From the IMG/VR virus record IMGVR_UViG_3300032277_000043, positions 1-33,374 of that record: a stretch of 33,374 nt of DNA. One strand, written 5' to 3'. Within the stretch, counting starts at the first letter, position 1. Each line of letters starts with the position of its first letter. This stretch comes from a virus. Lineage: Duplodnaviria > Caudoviricetes. Shown in pieces: positions 1 through 7,066 of the stretch. Below the pieces are notes generated by a model, which did no database searches, had not been told where the DNA came from, and was given only the letters and a program-made list of their open reading frames with translations. The translations under genes were made by a program, and so were the position numbers.

Positions 1-1
1 C

Positions 2-1333
2 GTTACGGTCTCTAGCGGCCCGACAAATGGCACCATAAGCGTTAACACAACATCCGGCGTTTGCGTATTCAACCCTCGTGAGGGCGGATCACCACATACC
101 CACACAAGCGGTGAAGTAAAAGAGACCATTACCATTACCGCAAACCGGATCAATTATGACGGCACCAACACCCCAAGCGTCGGGGCGTCTGAAACATTCG
201 ATATATCGTTCCGTGTTATCCATTGGGGAACGGACGGCGGCAATCCCTACTATCTTTGCCGGATTGATGGGAGCTCTCTATGGGCGGATAATAAAGCGTG
301 GTTTTTGGATGCAAACCGCTGGCAATCATGTGCTTATTCGTTCGTTGATCAGCTTGTTGCGTCCGGTTACTCGACATCACGGGCTCTTTGGTTGGAGTGG
401 ATGAATGAGCCCTGGAACGCTGCCAAGAGATTTGAGCAAGACCGCAATATATGTGTTGGCGCGGCGACCGCGTTCGATGCTGATTGGGATGCCTGGCGTA
501 TAGCGACAAGTGCGTCTACCGCGTTTGGACAGTCTACCGGTGGTCCTGGCGTTATGTCGGCAATATTCCGAAAGTATGTTGAGGATGAGTTGTCTGATCG
601 TGCTCTTTCGTATGACTTGCGCTGGGTTGTTGGCTGCCAAATGGCGGTCCCTGGCGATGGCGCTTCTAGCGCTCAAGGCCATAGGTTTATATGGGAAGAT
701 GAGTTTGGTTTAACGCCGACGCAAGCCACTGCCAAAATGCAAAGCTTTTACATTGCGGGCGCTTACTATCCATCGGGCGCGCATTATTGGGATCGACCCA
801 CAGACAACCTAACTGGGTTGTCAGATACCGCCAACGATGATGAGCTTTTAGATCGCTTCGATGGCACCAAGGTAGGTTATAGCGCCGATAGCTCAGAGCT
901 GGACGCTGAAATCATTGCCTGGACAAATGGCGCATCTAACCTATTCAACAACAAGTATCTATTAGATCGCGAGATTGCAGAAAAAATACTCGTGACTGCC
1001 GAGGGCGGAAACTGGGCTGGTGCGTATGAGGACGGAGATCATGATAATACTGATGTGATATCTTCTGGTTTGCGTAGCAGCATAAGAACAAACTCCGCTG
1101 GTCAGACTTTCTCAGAGTGGACCGTCGCGGCGTCCAAGGGTCAGCGCCGGGCTGATATCATTCAAGACGGTTGGGATAAGCGCATTGCCGAGCAATCAGA
1201 TACAATTCTTTGTGTCTATGGCGGGCAATACACCAAATCAATCGGCGAGCCATGGGCTACAGATTGGTGGCAAAATGCGGCAACCTTGGAAGTGCAGAAA
1301 ATTAGAGACTTTGGGAGAGGTGACGGAACATGA
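2..1333 (+). CDS. 5'-truncated large protein: Ig/cadherin-like segment followed by putative glycoside-hydrolase-like domain (possible tail-associated depolymerase)
   Basis: The frame is open from base 2 (VTVSSGPTNGTISVNTTSGVCVFNP...) into the ORF-track 305..1333 protein. The N-terminal part resembles Big_9-type repeats, and WLEWMNEPWN resembles the NEP acid/base motif of clan GH-A enzymes. Confidence 0.55.
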   Translation, partial: VTVSSGPTNGTISVNTTSGVCVFNPREGGSPHTHTSGEVKETITITANRINYDGTNTPSVGASETFDISFRVIHWGTDGGNPYYLCRIDGSSLWADNKAWFLDANRWQSCAYSFVDQLVASGYSTSRALWLEWMNEPWNAAKRFEQDRNICVGAATAFDADWDAWRIATSASTAFGQSTGGPGVMSAIFRKYVEDELSDRALSYDLRWVVGCQMAVPGDGASSAQGHRFIWEDEFGLTPTQATAKMQSFYIAGAYYPSGAHYWDRPTDNLTGLSDTANDDELLDRFDGTKVGYSADSSELDAEIIAWTNGASNLFNNKYLLDREIAEKILVTAEGGNWAGAYEDGDHDNTDVISSGLRSSIRTNSAGQTFSEWTVAASKGQRRADIIQDGWDKRIAEQSDTILCVYGGQYTKSIGEPWATDWWQNAATLEVQKIRDFGRGDGT

Positions 1334-1647
1334 TTAAAATTAAAAACGGCGTTGATATGTCTGGATTAGATCATCGTCTATGGAAAAAAGCGAGGCCGAT
1401 TGCAGCGATTTTTGCCAAGCATGGCCTCGATGCGGTTATTACTTCCGCGAGACGCGCGCCAGGTGGTCGGTTTTCATGGCATCATGAGGGCAAGGCCTAC
1501 GATTGGCGCGCAAAGCACATCGAAAGCCCACGCCTAAAAAGGCTGATATTACAAGAGATTAGCAATGTTTGTGGCCGCAAATTTGATGTTATACTTCACG
1601 GCGAAGGCAACAATATTCATTATCATGTTGAGTATGATCCAAAATAG
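1330..1647 (+). CDS. Peptidase M15-family endolysin (Zn-dependent, LAS-type)
   Basis: SWHHEGKAYD (SxHxxGxAxD) and HYHVEY (HxH) motifs; first gene of the lysis-like cluster. Confidence 0.8.
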   Translation: MIKIKNGVDMSGLDHRLWKKARPIAAIFAKHGLDAVITSARRAPGGRFSWHHEGKAYDWRAKHIESPRLKRLILQEISNVCGRKFDVILHGEGNNIHYHVEYDPK

Positions 1648-1656
1648 GAGGTTGAT

Positions 1657-1773
1657 ATGAGTGACTGGCTTAAAGATAAGGTAAAAGGCTTTTTTACTTT
1701 CTGGAAAACGCGCCCCATCACTATGGGTTGCTATGGTGCCGGCTGTTTTGCGCTCGGCTTTTTGTTTTTTTAG
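1657..1773 (+). CDS. 38-aa small membrane protein (not in ORF track)
   Basis: GGAGG RBS at 1647-1651; MSDWLKDKVKGFFTFWKTRPITMGCYGAGCFALGFLFF; fills the gap between neighbours. Confidence 0.65.
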   Translation: MSDWLKDKVKGFFTFWKTRPITMGCYGAGCFALGFLFF

Positions 1774-1785
1774 GAGACTATCGAT

Positions 1786-2055
1786 ATGGCTGAAATTCTA
1801 ACGGATGAAGCAGTAATTCGTGGACAGACTGAATTACTGCTTCGCGAAAGAGATTTGCGGAAAACGGTTCGGAGAGTTTGCGCGCTTGCGCGTGACACCG
1901 TTGGTGTTTCCGGAGAGCAATGCGCGACGCTTGATGAAAAAGCTCGCGCCGTCCGTGCTGCAATGAAAGATTTTCACGATTGCGCTGAAACGCTTTGTAA
2001 TTCTGGCGGCATCCAGCCGTTAACAGGCGGTACTGAAAAGCCAGACGAGGAATAA
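1786..2055 (+). CDS. hypothetical protein
   Basis: AGGAG RBS; 89 aa; contiguous with the operon. Confidence 0.65.
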   Translation: MAEILTDEAVIRGQTELLLRERDLRKTVRRVCALARDTVGVSGEQCATLDEKARAVRAAMKDFHDCAETLCNSGGIQPLTGGTEKPDEE

Positions 2056-2598
2056 ATGCCAGGGTGGTTAGTTGACGTTTTGATGTGGAACGGATGGGCT
2101 GAGACGTTCCTTGCGTGGTGCGTCTTGTCCACATCCTACGCTGCGGTCCCATTTCGAGACACAAGAAATAAGCCCCTTTTATTTGGAACTTTTATTTTTC
2201 TTATTGAATGGGTGATCACTAACAGCATGGGTGATATGTTTGCTCAGCCAGAGGGGGTTGTGACGTATGCTGGCGTTGACGTTATTCTTGGCGGGGCATT
2301 TCTTTATATTGCTATGAGATATAAAGCTGCATGGGCCGCTTTTTGCGTGTTAACCCATTTTGGAATGGGTGTGATACACTTTAAAATGTACGTAACAGAG
2401 TGGCATTCGTTTTATTACATCTTAAGCTTAAATATTTTGTACGCAATATCAATTGCGATAAACAATGTTGGAGTTTGGGCGGGCAAACATGACAGGAATA
2501 GAGTACTGGATAGGTTTGTTCATAGTTTCAGTGGCGGCGGTACTTTTAGCGGCATTTTGCTACCCGGCGGTTGGCGTTCTGATAAAGGCTTGGGATAA
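2056..2598 (+). CDS. multi-pass membrane protein
   Basis: About 5 hydrophobic segments; GAGG RBS; abuts the previous stop. Confidence 0.7.
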   Translation: MPGWLVDVLMWNGWAETFLAWCVLSTSYAAVPFRDTRNKPLLFGTFIFLIEWVITNSMGDMFAQPEGVVTYAGVDVILGGAFLYIAMRYKAAWAAFCVLTHFGMGVIHFKMYVTEWHSFYYILSLNILYAISIAINNVGVWAGKHDRNRVLDRFVHSFSGGGTFSGILLPGGWRSDKGLG

Positions 2599-2645
2599 AA
2601 TGATGAAGAAAAAAAACAAATGATAATTCGAGATCGGATTTTGTT

Positions 2646-3020
2646 ATGAACACAGGACCAAGCACAACTGTAGCCGGGAACGCCTCTGGTCTTTTTGTTG
2701 TGATAGTATCAACCGTTTTTGATCCCGTTTTTGTTGTCACCGTCCTATGCTCTATGGTTGGGGCATTTTTTGGCGCATACCTTCAGAGCAAAGAACAAGA
2801 ACTCTCAACAGGTGACTTTATATTTTGGTTTGCATCCGGATTGTTTACTGGCGTAATTTTTGGCATGTTTGCCGAGGCCAACATACCCCTGAAGGGCGCT
2901 GGTGCCATCATGGGGTTTGCCATATCATTAGGTGGCACGGGGACCATTATGTCCCTAAAAAAGTATGACTGGAATATCGCGGCCTGGCTGGCTGGTGTTA
3001 TAAGTAAAGGCGGAAAGTGA
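2646..3020 (+). CDS. holin-like membrane protein
   Basis: Three hydrophobic segments, basic C-terminus, located between endolysin and spanins. Confidence 0.55.
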   Translation: MNTGPSTTVAGNASGLFVVIVSTVFDPVFVVTVLCSMVGAFFGAYLQSKEQELSTGDFIFWFASGLFTGVIFGMFAEANIPLKGAGAIMGFAISLGGTGTIMSLKKYDWNIAAWLAGVISKGGK

Positions 3021-3346
3021 TGAATGAAACTCGTTGGCAAACAATCCTTGCTGCGATGATACTCGGAGCAATGCTTATTATCGTTGTTGTTGCTCTAAAC
3101 TTTGGCTCGGATCGATACTCTGGCGCGGATGCGATTAGAGACAACATAGAAACAGAGGTTTCTTTTGACGCTATCAATGCGCGCATATCGGATCATTTTG
3201 ACAAGCCTGGACATTCCCCATTGGTTGCGGAGATTTCCAAAATAGAGGCGCGGAGCGCAGCGCTAGAGTTGCGTATCGCCTCGCTTGAGGCGAGGGTCGC
3301 CGAATTAGAGGCAATCATTGCTGAATTGCGCGTGGCAGAGGAATGA
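3017..3346 (+). CDS. membrane-anchored coiled-coil protein (lysis region)
   Basis: N-terminal TM segment and C-terminal heptads (LELRIASLEARVAELEAII). Confidence 0.6.
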   Translation: MMNETRWQTILAAMILGAMLIIVVVALNFGSDRYSGADAIRDNIETEVSFDAINARISDHFDKPGHSPLVAEISKIEARSAALELRIASLEARVAELEAIIAELRVAEE

Positions 3347-3744
3347 TCGGAACAAAGGCAATATTGATAGGCTGCGGCGCTCTTGTGCTTGCTTCTTCCG
3401 TTGCCAGCTTCCGTGCCGGTCACGATCGGGCTGAGAATAAGGCTCTCAAACGCGAAGCGCAGGCCGTGGAGGACGCGATAGAAGAAACGACGCGCAGCAT
3501 GGAAGCGCAGCGCATCGCCGCCCAGGACGATGTAGCGGCTGTTATGGGGCGCAATGCGGATCTATTGGCGCTATTAAGGAATAGACAAAATGCTGAGATA
3601 CCGACTGGTAGGAATTGCATTATTGAGCGTGACGCTATCGAGTTGCGAGACGTTCACTACGAGATTTTTGAAGACAGATTGCTCTCCGGCGGCGGAGTTG
3701 ACGGTGAAGCGCAACCCGCCAGCGGCACCCCCAATGACAACTGA
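3343..3744 (+). CDS. Rz-like inner-membrane spanin
   Basis: N-terminal TM segment, helical periplasmic part, C-terminal Cys; overlapped out of frame by a lipoprotein ORF. Confidence 0.7.
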   Translation: MIGTKAILIGCGALVLASSVASFRAGHDRAENKALKREAQAVEDAIEETTRSMEAQRIAAQDDVAAVMGRNADLLALLRNRQNAEIPTGRNCIIERDAIELRDVHYEIFEDRLLSGGGVDGEAQPASGTPNDN

Positions 3745-3847
3745 CGTTGTTTTGTGGAAAGCTTATATCCGCTATCTCATGGTTGAGGTAGAATTGCGCG
3801 ACCTAAAGCATAGTCGGCTTGTCGATCATATCGATAGCCACTGTTGA
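3590..3847 (+). CDS. Rz1-like outer-membrane spanin lipoprotein
   Basis: Signal peptide with lipobox LSSC, Pro-rich segment (NPPAAPP); overlaps the 3' end of the Rz-like gene. Confidence 0.7.
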   Translation: MLRYRLVGIALLSVTLSSCETFTTRFLKTDCSPAAELTVKRNPPAAPPMTTDVVLWKAYIRYLMVEVELRDLKHSRLVDHIDSHC

Positions 3848-3865
3848 CGGGCCTCTATAGTTGAT

Positions 3866-4030
3866 TTAATCTATGGACTTTTCCGTCAGTAACTCAGCCT
3901 TACGCATTAGGCTGGAACGCAACACGTCCAACTCCCCGTCGTCGCCATTCTCGTTCGCAATTTTAACCATCGAAGCTGCCGCCGTTAGAAGCGTTGCCTT
4001 TTCGACTTTATGATATTCTTGCTCTGTCAT
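3866..4030 (-). CDS. 54-aa microprotein (array gene 9)
   Basis: MTEQEYHKVEKATLLTAAASMVKIANENGDDGELDVLRSSLMRKAELLTEKSID; preceded by GAGGCCCGC. Confidence 0.7.
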   Translation of the reverse strand: MTEQEYHKVEKATLLTAAASMVKIANENGDDGELDVLRSSLMRKAELLTEKSID

Positions 4031-4040
4031 ATTGCGGGCC

Positions 4041-4205
4041 TCAAATGCCGTAATCGGCAGGTTGAATTTTCAGAAAAATCGCCGCTGAAACCAAGACGCG
4101 CTTTTGCTGCTCAGGGTCGAGCGTTTGCATAACTGCGAGGATATTATTGAACGCCTCAAGGCTGTCGGCCACTGGCTTTTCGTCTGCTTTATCTTGCTGC
4201 TTCAT
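4041..4205 (-). CDS. 54-aa microprotein (array gene 8)
   Basis: MKQQDKADEKPVADSLEAFNNILAVMQTLDPEQQKRVLVSAAIFLKIQPADYGI; preceded by GAGGCCCGT; its stop overlaps the next motif. Confidence 0.7.
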   Translation of the reverse strand: MKQQDKADEKPVADSLEAFNNILAVMQTLDPEQQKRVLVSAAIFLKIQPADYGI

Positions 4206-4212
4206 ACGGGCC

Positions 4213-4425
4213 TCAAACGTTGTCTTTGATTAATGCGGAAATATCTTCTTTTGTGACCCTCGCGCCGGAGCATATTCTTAGCTGTCTTTTGGCGGCGTAA
4301 ATCCAGTCATCACTATCGTCTAGGCTGAAATCTGGATCGTGCATATTCTTGAGTGCATCAATCACCAATCGCTCAAGCTGTTTGGTGTATTCGTGCTGTA
4401 ACTGTTCTTGCGTCATCATTGTCAT
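4213..4425 (-). CDS. ~70-aa microprotein (array gene 7)
   Basis: Start placed after GGAGCCCCATCGC; TGA stop overlaps the next GAGG. Confidence 0.7.
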   Translation of the reverse strand: MTMMTQEQLQHEYTKQLERLVIDALKNMHDPDFSLDDSDDWIYAAKRQLRICSGARVTKEDISALIKDNV

Positions 4426-4441
4426 GCGATGGGGCTCCATT

Positions 4442-4627
4442 TTATAAATTTACACCGGTCAGTTTCGTGGCATCCAGCGTCCGTTTCATTATGCCAATCC
4501 TTCGCCGTAAATCAGCAACGGTTGCGGGCTGGTTTTCTTCCTCAATGATGTTTGAAAGCTCGTCATCAATATCTGCGAAAAGTGTGGCCAACTGTCCAAA
4601 ATGAAGGCGGGATGGTTCATCTTTCAT
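4442..4627 (-). CDS. 61-aa microprotein (array gene 6)
   Basis: ORF track; preceded by GAGGCCCCCGCA. Confidence 0.7.
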   Translation of the reverse strand: MKDEPSRLHFGQLATLFADIDDELSNIIEEENQPATVADLRRRIGIMKRTLDATKLTGVNL

Positions 4628-4645
4628 TGCGGGGGCCTCTACTGA

Positions 4646-4936
4646 CTAATATAAGCCTTCGGAATAGAGCGTGCGGAAATCTCCGCCACACCCCTCCCGA
4701 AAGTCGATAAATTGGCGAGCTTTCAAAGCGACATTCATCGCTTCTTCGCGATCCATGTAGACACCGTGTTGATCAATGAACCCTTGGTCAAACGTGATGC
4801 TCTTTCCGACCATACCTGCGGCTTGGATTTGCTTGTGCATGGTCGCATCGAAATGGCGCGGGCCGCAGAAAATCAAATGGCTACCCGGCTCACGGACCGC
4901 CGCGCAGACTACAATTCTTGTGGTTTCTTCAGTCAT
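4646..4936 (-). CDS. 96-aa conserved phage hypothetical protein (array gene 5)
   Basis: IVVCAA...GPRH...QGFIDQHG.YMDREEA...LYSE pattern, which I recall from many phage hypothetical proteins. Confidence 0.8.
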   Translation of the reverse strand: MTEETTRIVVCAAVREPGSHLIFCGPRHFDATMHKQIQAAGMVGKSITFDQGFIDQHGVYMDREEAMNVALKARQFIDFREGCGGDFRTLYSEGLY

Positions 4937-4949
4937 TTTTATCCGGCCT

Positions 4950-5105
4950 CTATTGTGTTTTCCAGTTATGATTGGCGGGCCGGTTGCCCGACGAGGGGTT
5001 TAACGGTGCTTTTTTACCCCTAAGTGCCAAGCCCGTATTCAACGACACTGCGACATTACCAAGGCTCTGAACGCCACCGCCAATCATAACTGGTTTCATT
5101 TTCAT
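4950..5105 (-). CDS. possible 51-aa ORF coincident with the structured RNA (array unit 4)
   Basis: GGAGCCCCGT-ATG start and TAG overlapping the next motif, but the sequence is constrained by RNA structure; translation uncertain. Confidence 0.35.
   Translation of the reverse strand: MKMKPVMIGGGVQSLGNVAVSLNTGLALRGKKAPLNPSSGNRPANHNWKTQ
4962..5093 (-). ncRNA. putative structured RNA, five-way junction (cloverleaf-like)
   Basis: Perfect 17-bp inverted repeat (4962-4978/5077-5093) enclosing four hairpins. G-U pairs and a GCAA tetraloop form only on the minus strand. Confidence 0.7.
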
Positions 5106-5120
5106 ACGGGGCTCCATTGA

Positions 5121-5411
5121 TTATGCGGCTGGCCGCCTTCTTAAGGCGCGTTCACGCACCTCTTTGGCGCGCTGCAATATTTCCTCGTCTTCGTAATCTG
5201 CTAGATAGTCATCTAGCTCCATATCAAAATCGTCGGTGCGCTTTTGCCTAATCTCTGACAACATCGCATCCAGTGTGTAGTTCGTTTTCGACATCCCATG
5301 CGTCACCTCGCAAAGAACGCATGAGAAGCGATAATCTACGTCTCCCACCCATGGCGAAATACGGCAGGCGAGCCAGTAGCGGAACTCATCGAACTTGCGT
5401 TTCAAATTCAT
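5121..5411 (-). CDS. 96-aa hypothetical protein (array gene 3)
   Basis: ORF track; preceded by GAGGCCGCT. Confidence 0.75.
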   Translation of the reverse strand: MNLKRKFDEFRYWLACRISPWVGDVDYRFSCVLCEVTHGMSKTNYTLDAMLSEIRQKRTDDFDMELDDYLADYEDEEILQRAKEVRERALRRRPAA

Positions 5412-5418
5412 AGCGGCC

Positions 5419-5574
5419 TCAAATGCTTTCTTGTTTTACTCTGGCTTTCCAGCACTTGGCGCACCGAAAAGTTACATCACGTTGGCCGCGCTCGTATGCG
5501 CTCAAATTTTGAAACTGAAACCTAGACATTTGCCAATCGTGCAATCCGAAAAAGCATAAGATTTTATGTCTCAT
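5419..5574 (-). CDS. 51-aa putative Zn-binding microprotein, DUF1660-like (array gene 2)
   Basis: MRHKILCFFGLHDW...FRCAKCWK; LCxxxxHxW...CxxC pattern; preceded by GGAGCCCCGC. Confidence 0.7.
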   Translation of the reverse strand: MRHKILCFFGLHDWQMSRFQFQNLSAYERGQRDVTFRCAKCWKARVKQESI

Positions 5575-5586
5575 CGTGCGGGGCTC

Positions 5587-5751
5587 CTATGACGCCAGCG
5601 CGGCACCAATAACCGCGACTAAAACAAACGTGATTGAGAGGTGGGCATATTGGCGTTTTGCGCCTTCACATTCGTGCTCTGCGGAAGCCAAAAGCGAACC
5701 GCCCGCGCCGATAGCGCCAATTGCCATTAGGATTGCATACTGTGGTTCCAT
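5587..5751 (-). CDS. 54-aa two-TM microprotein (array gene 1)
   Basis: MEPQYAILMAIGAIGAGGSLLASA...ITFVLVAVIGAALAS; start follows GGAGCCCGT. Confidence 0.65.
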   Translation of the reverse strand: MEPQYAILMAIGAIGAGGSLLASAEHECEGAKRQYAHLSITFVLVAVIGAALAS

Positions 5752-5764
5752 GATACGGGCTCCA

Positions 5765-5950
5765 TAACGTGCGGGCGGCGGGCTCTTCACCCCTTGTTGC
5801 AAGCCAGCCCAATGTTCACACCGAACAATACAGGCTGCATTTGTGCTCAGCGTTAGCATCTCCCTTGCGGGTGCTTTTCGCGCCGGGGGCTCGCAGGCCG
5901 TACCGGACCGCCCTCTCTGGGTATTCTTTCGACTCGACCCATAAGGGGCT
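5765..5950 (-). ncRNA. structured 5' leader or possible ncRNA
   Basis: About 190 nt without a convincing ORF. Hairpins UGGGU..ACCCA (with a GAAA loop), CCC-GCAA-GGG, and CAGCC..UGUUC/GAACA..GGCUG. Confidence 0.45.
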
Positions 5951-6016
5951 AAACCTCTTGTCTTAACTACTTATCAAAACCTCTTGTCAAAAGTCAATAC
6001 CTGTTCTAGTTATGAT
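5951..6016. promoter_or_regulatory. divergent promoter region with 12-bp direct repeat AAACCTCTTGTC (putative operator)
   Basis: Repeats at 5951-5962 and 5977-5988; TTGACA/TTGACT on the minus strand; TATGAT at 6011-6016 on the plus strand. Confidence 0.55.
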
Positions 6017-6026
6017 GGCGTGAAAA

Positions 6027-6605
6027 ATGCGAATTGGATATACGATAAAAATCAAATCGGGCGCGTCCGAGACCGAACAGCTCGAAGCGTTGGGGGACAT
6101 TGGTGCCGCCAAGGTTTTCAGCGAAAAGGTTTGGAAACGGAAACCAAAGCCCGAGGAAGACCCACGGCTAGAGCGCACCGAGTTGATCGACGTTCTCCGG
6201 CCCGGGGACGAACTGTGCGCCTACTCTGCCCTGCATTTAGCAAAGGATGCTGGCGATCTGTTTTCGGTACTAGCAGCAGTGACAGCGCAAAGCGCAAGCG
6301 TTTATGTGATTGATATGGATGAGAATTTTACTGGCAACGAAAGCCATGCAAGAATTGCTAAGGCCCTCTCCCGGGATAAGCGACACGCGCAAACAGCGAA
6401 TGCCCGGGCATCGGAAGGCAGAAAGAAAAACCGTGGCGGTCGGCCAAAAGCCCTTGGCGATTTGGACAAAGCCCAATGGGCACAATTCGACCGCGACTGG
6501 AAAGATGATGCTGTCAGCATTCCGCAGATGGCGTCGAAGTGGAATGTTTCAGAGGCAACGGTGAGCCGTAAGGCCAAGGCCCGGAAGCTCGGGAACAAAG
6601 CGTAG
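6027..6605 (+). CDS. resolvase/invertase-fold protein with C-terminal HTH, catalytic motifs degenerate
   Basis: IGY...QLEAL...KVFSEK...LRPGDEL...GGRPK...HTH layout of small serine recombinases. YxRVS reads YTIKI and DRLAR reads LHLAK. Confidence 0.8.
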   Translation: MRIGYTIKIKSGASETEQLEALGDIGAAKVFSEKVWKRKPKPEEDPRLERTELIDVLRPGDELCAYSALHLAKDAGDLFSVLAAVTAQSASVYVIDMDENFTGNESHARIAKALSRDKRHAQTANARASEGRKKNRGGRPKALGDLDKAQWAQFDRDWKDDAVSIPQMASKWNVSEATVSRKAKARKLGNKA

Positions 6606-6623
6606 CAAGAGGACTCTAAGCCG

Positions 6624-6827
6624 ATGGATAAGAAGCGCTGGCAAGTTGAAATCATCTATGCGTCAAACGACGGTGACGAGCCTGTTTGGCACGCTGTCGA
6701 TGAAATTGAAGAATTGCAAGAAATCGTGGAGCGCGGCCCCAATTTTTACGCGATCAAGCAAATCGTCATCAAGCCAGACGCAAGCCTGATTGGTGGGCCG
6801 CTGACACTAGAAACCGCTAATCTATAA
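6624..6827 (+). CDS. 67-aa hypothetical protein
   Basis: GAGGAC RBS; ORF track. Confidence 0.75.
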   Translation: MDKKRWQVEIIYASNDGDEPVWHAVDEIEELQEIVERGPNFYAIKQIVIKPDASLIGGPLTLETANL

Positions 6828-6835
6828 AGGACCCA

Positions 6836-7054
6836 TTGATGGCTGAAAACAAGAGGTTTCCAATTCATCCTGACGAGGGAAAACGGGGCGGGTCTATACC
6901 TTGGGAGGCCGCTGAGAAGTTGAGAAAAACCGCCGAACGCAATCACAGCCAATCGCTTGAAACATTGGCTGCGCGTGGCGGGTTGTCCTGGGAAGAGATG
7001 GCAAGAGCCGCCTTAGGGCTGCACTTATTCAAGAACGAAATTATAAATGATTGA
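6836..7054 (+). CDS. 72-aa hypothetical phage protein
   Basis: IPWE...NHSQSLETLAARGGLSWEE pattern; AGGAC RBS. Confidence 0.75.
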   Translation: MMAENKRFPIHPDEGKRGGSIPWEAAEKLRKTAERNHSQSLETLAARGGLSWEEMARAALGLHLFKNEIIND

Positions 7055-7066
7055 GGACTGTGAAAT

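Larger units (their letters stand above)
3847..5763 (-). repeat. 10 copies of a gene-boundary motif (GAGG/GGAG)-CC(C)n-G-Y
   Basis: Plus-strand copies at 3847-3855, 4034-4042, 4206-4214, 4429-4438, 4629-4639, 4943-4950, 5106-5115, 5413-5420, 5578-5587 and 5755-5763. Nine of them directly precede an ATG. Confidence 0.85.

Noticed and set aside
4972-5081. Canonical tRNA (Ser-like): D-loop-like AGCCUUGGUAA, UUGAA, long extra arm, ...CCGCCA
   Set aside because: No TTC(G/A)A T-loop (a GCAA tetraloop instead) and arm lengths are non-canonical. A tRNA ancestry remains possible, but it is not called a tRNA.
4962-5093. Retron msr-msd (a1/a2 inverted repeats) or MITE
   Set aside because: No reverse transcriptase or transposase in the window and no evident target-site duplication.
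3847-5763. CRISPR array or integron attC array
   Set aside because: Repeats are only 8-11 bp, the spacers are whole ORFs of variable length, there are no attC-type palindromes, and there is no cas gene or tyrosine integrase.
6027-6605. Active DNA invertase switching tail fibres
   Set aside because: Catalytic residues are absent, it is not adjacent to fibre genes, and I saw no flanking inverted crossover sites.
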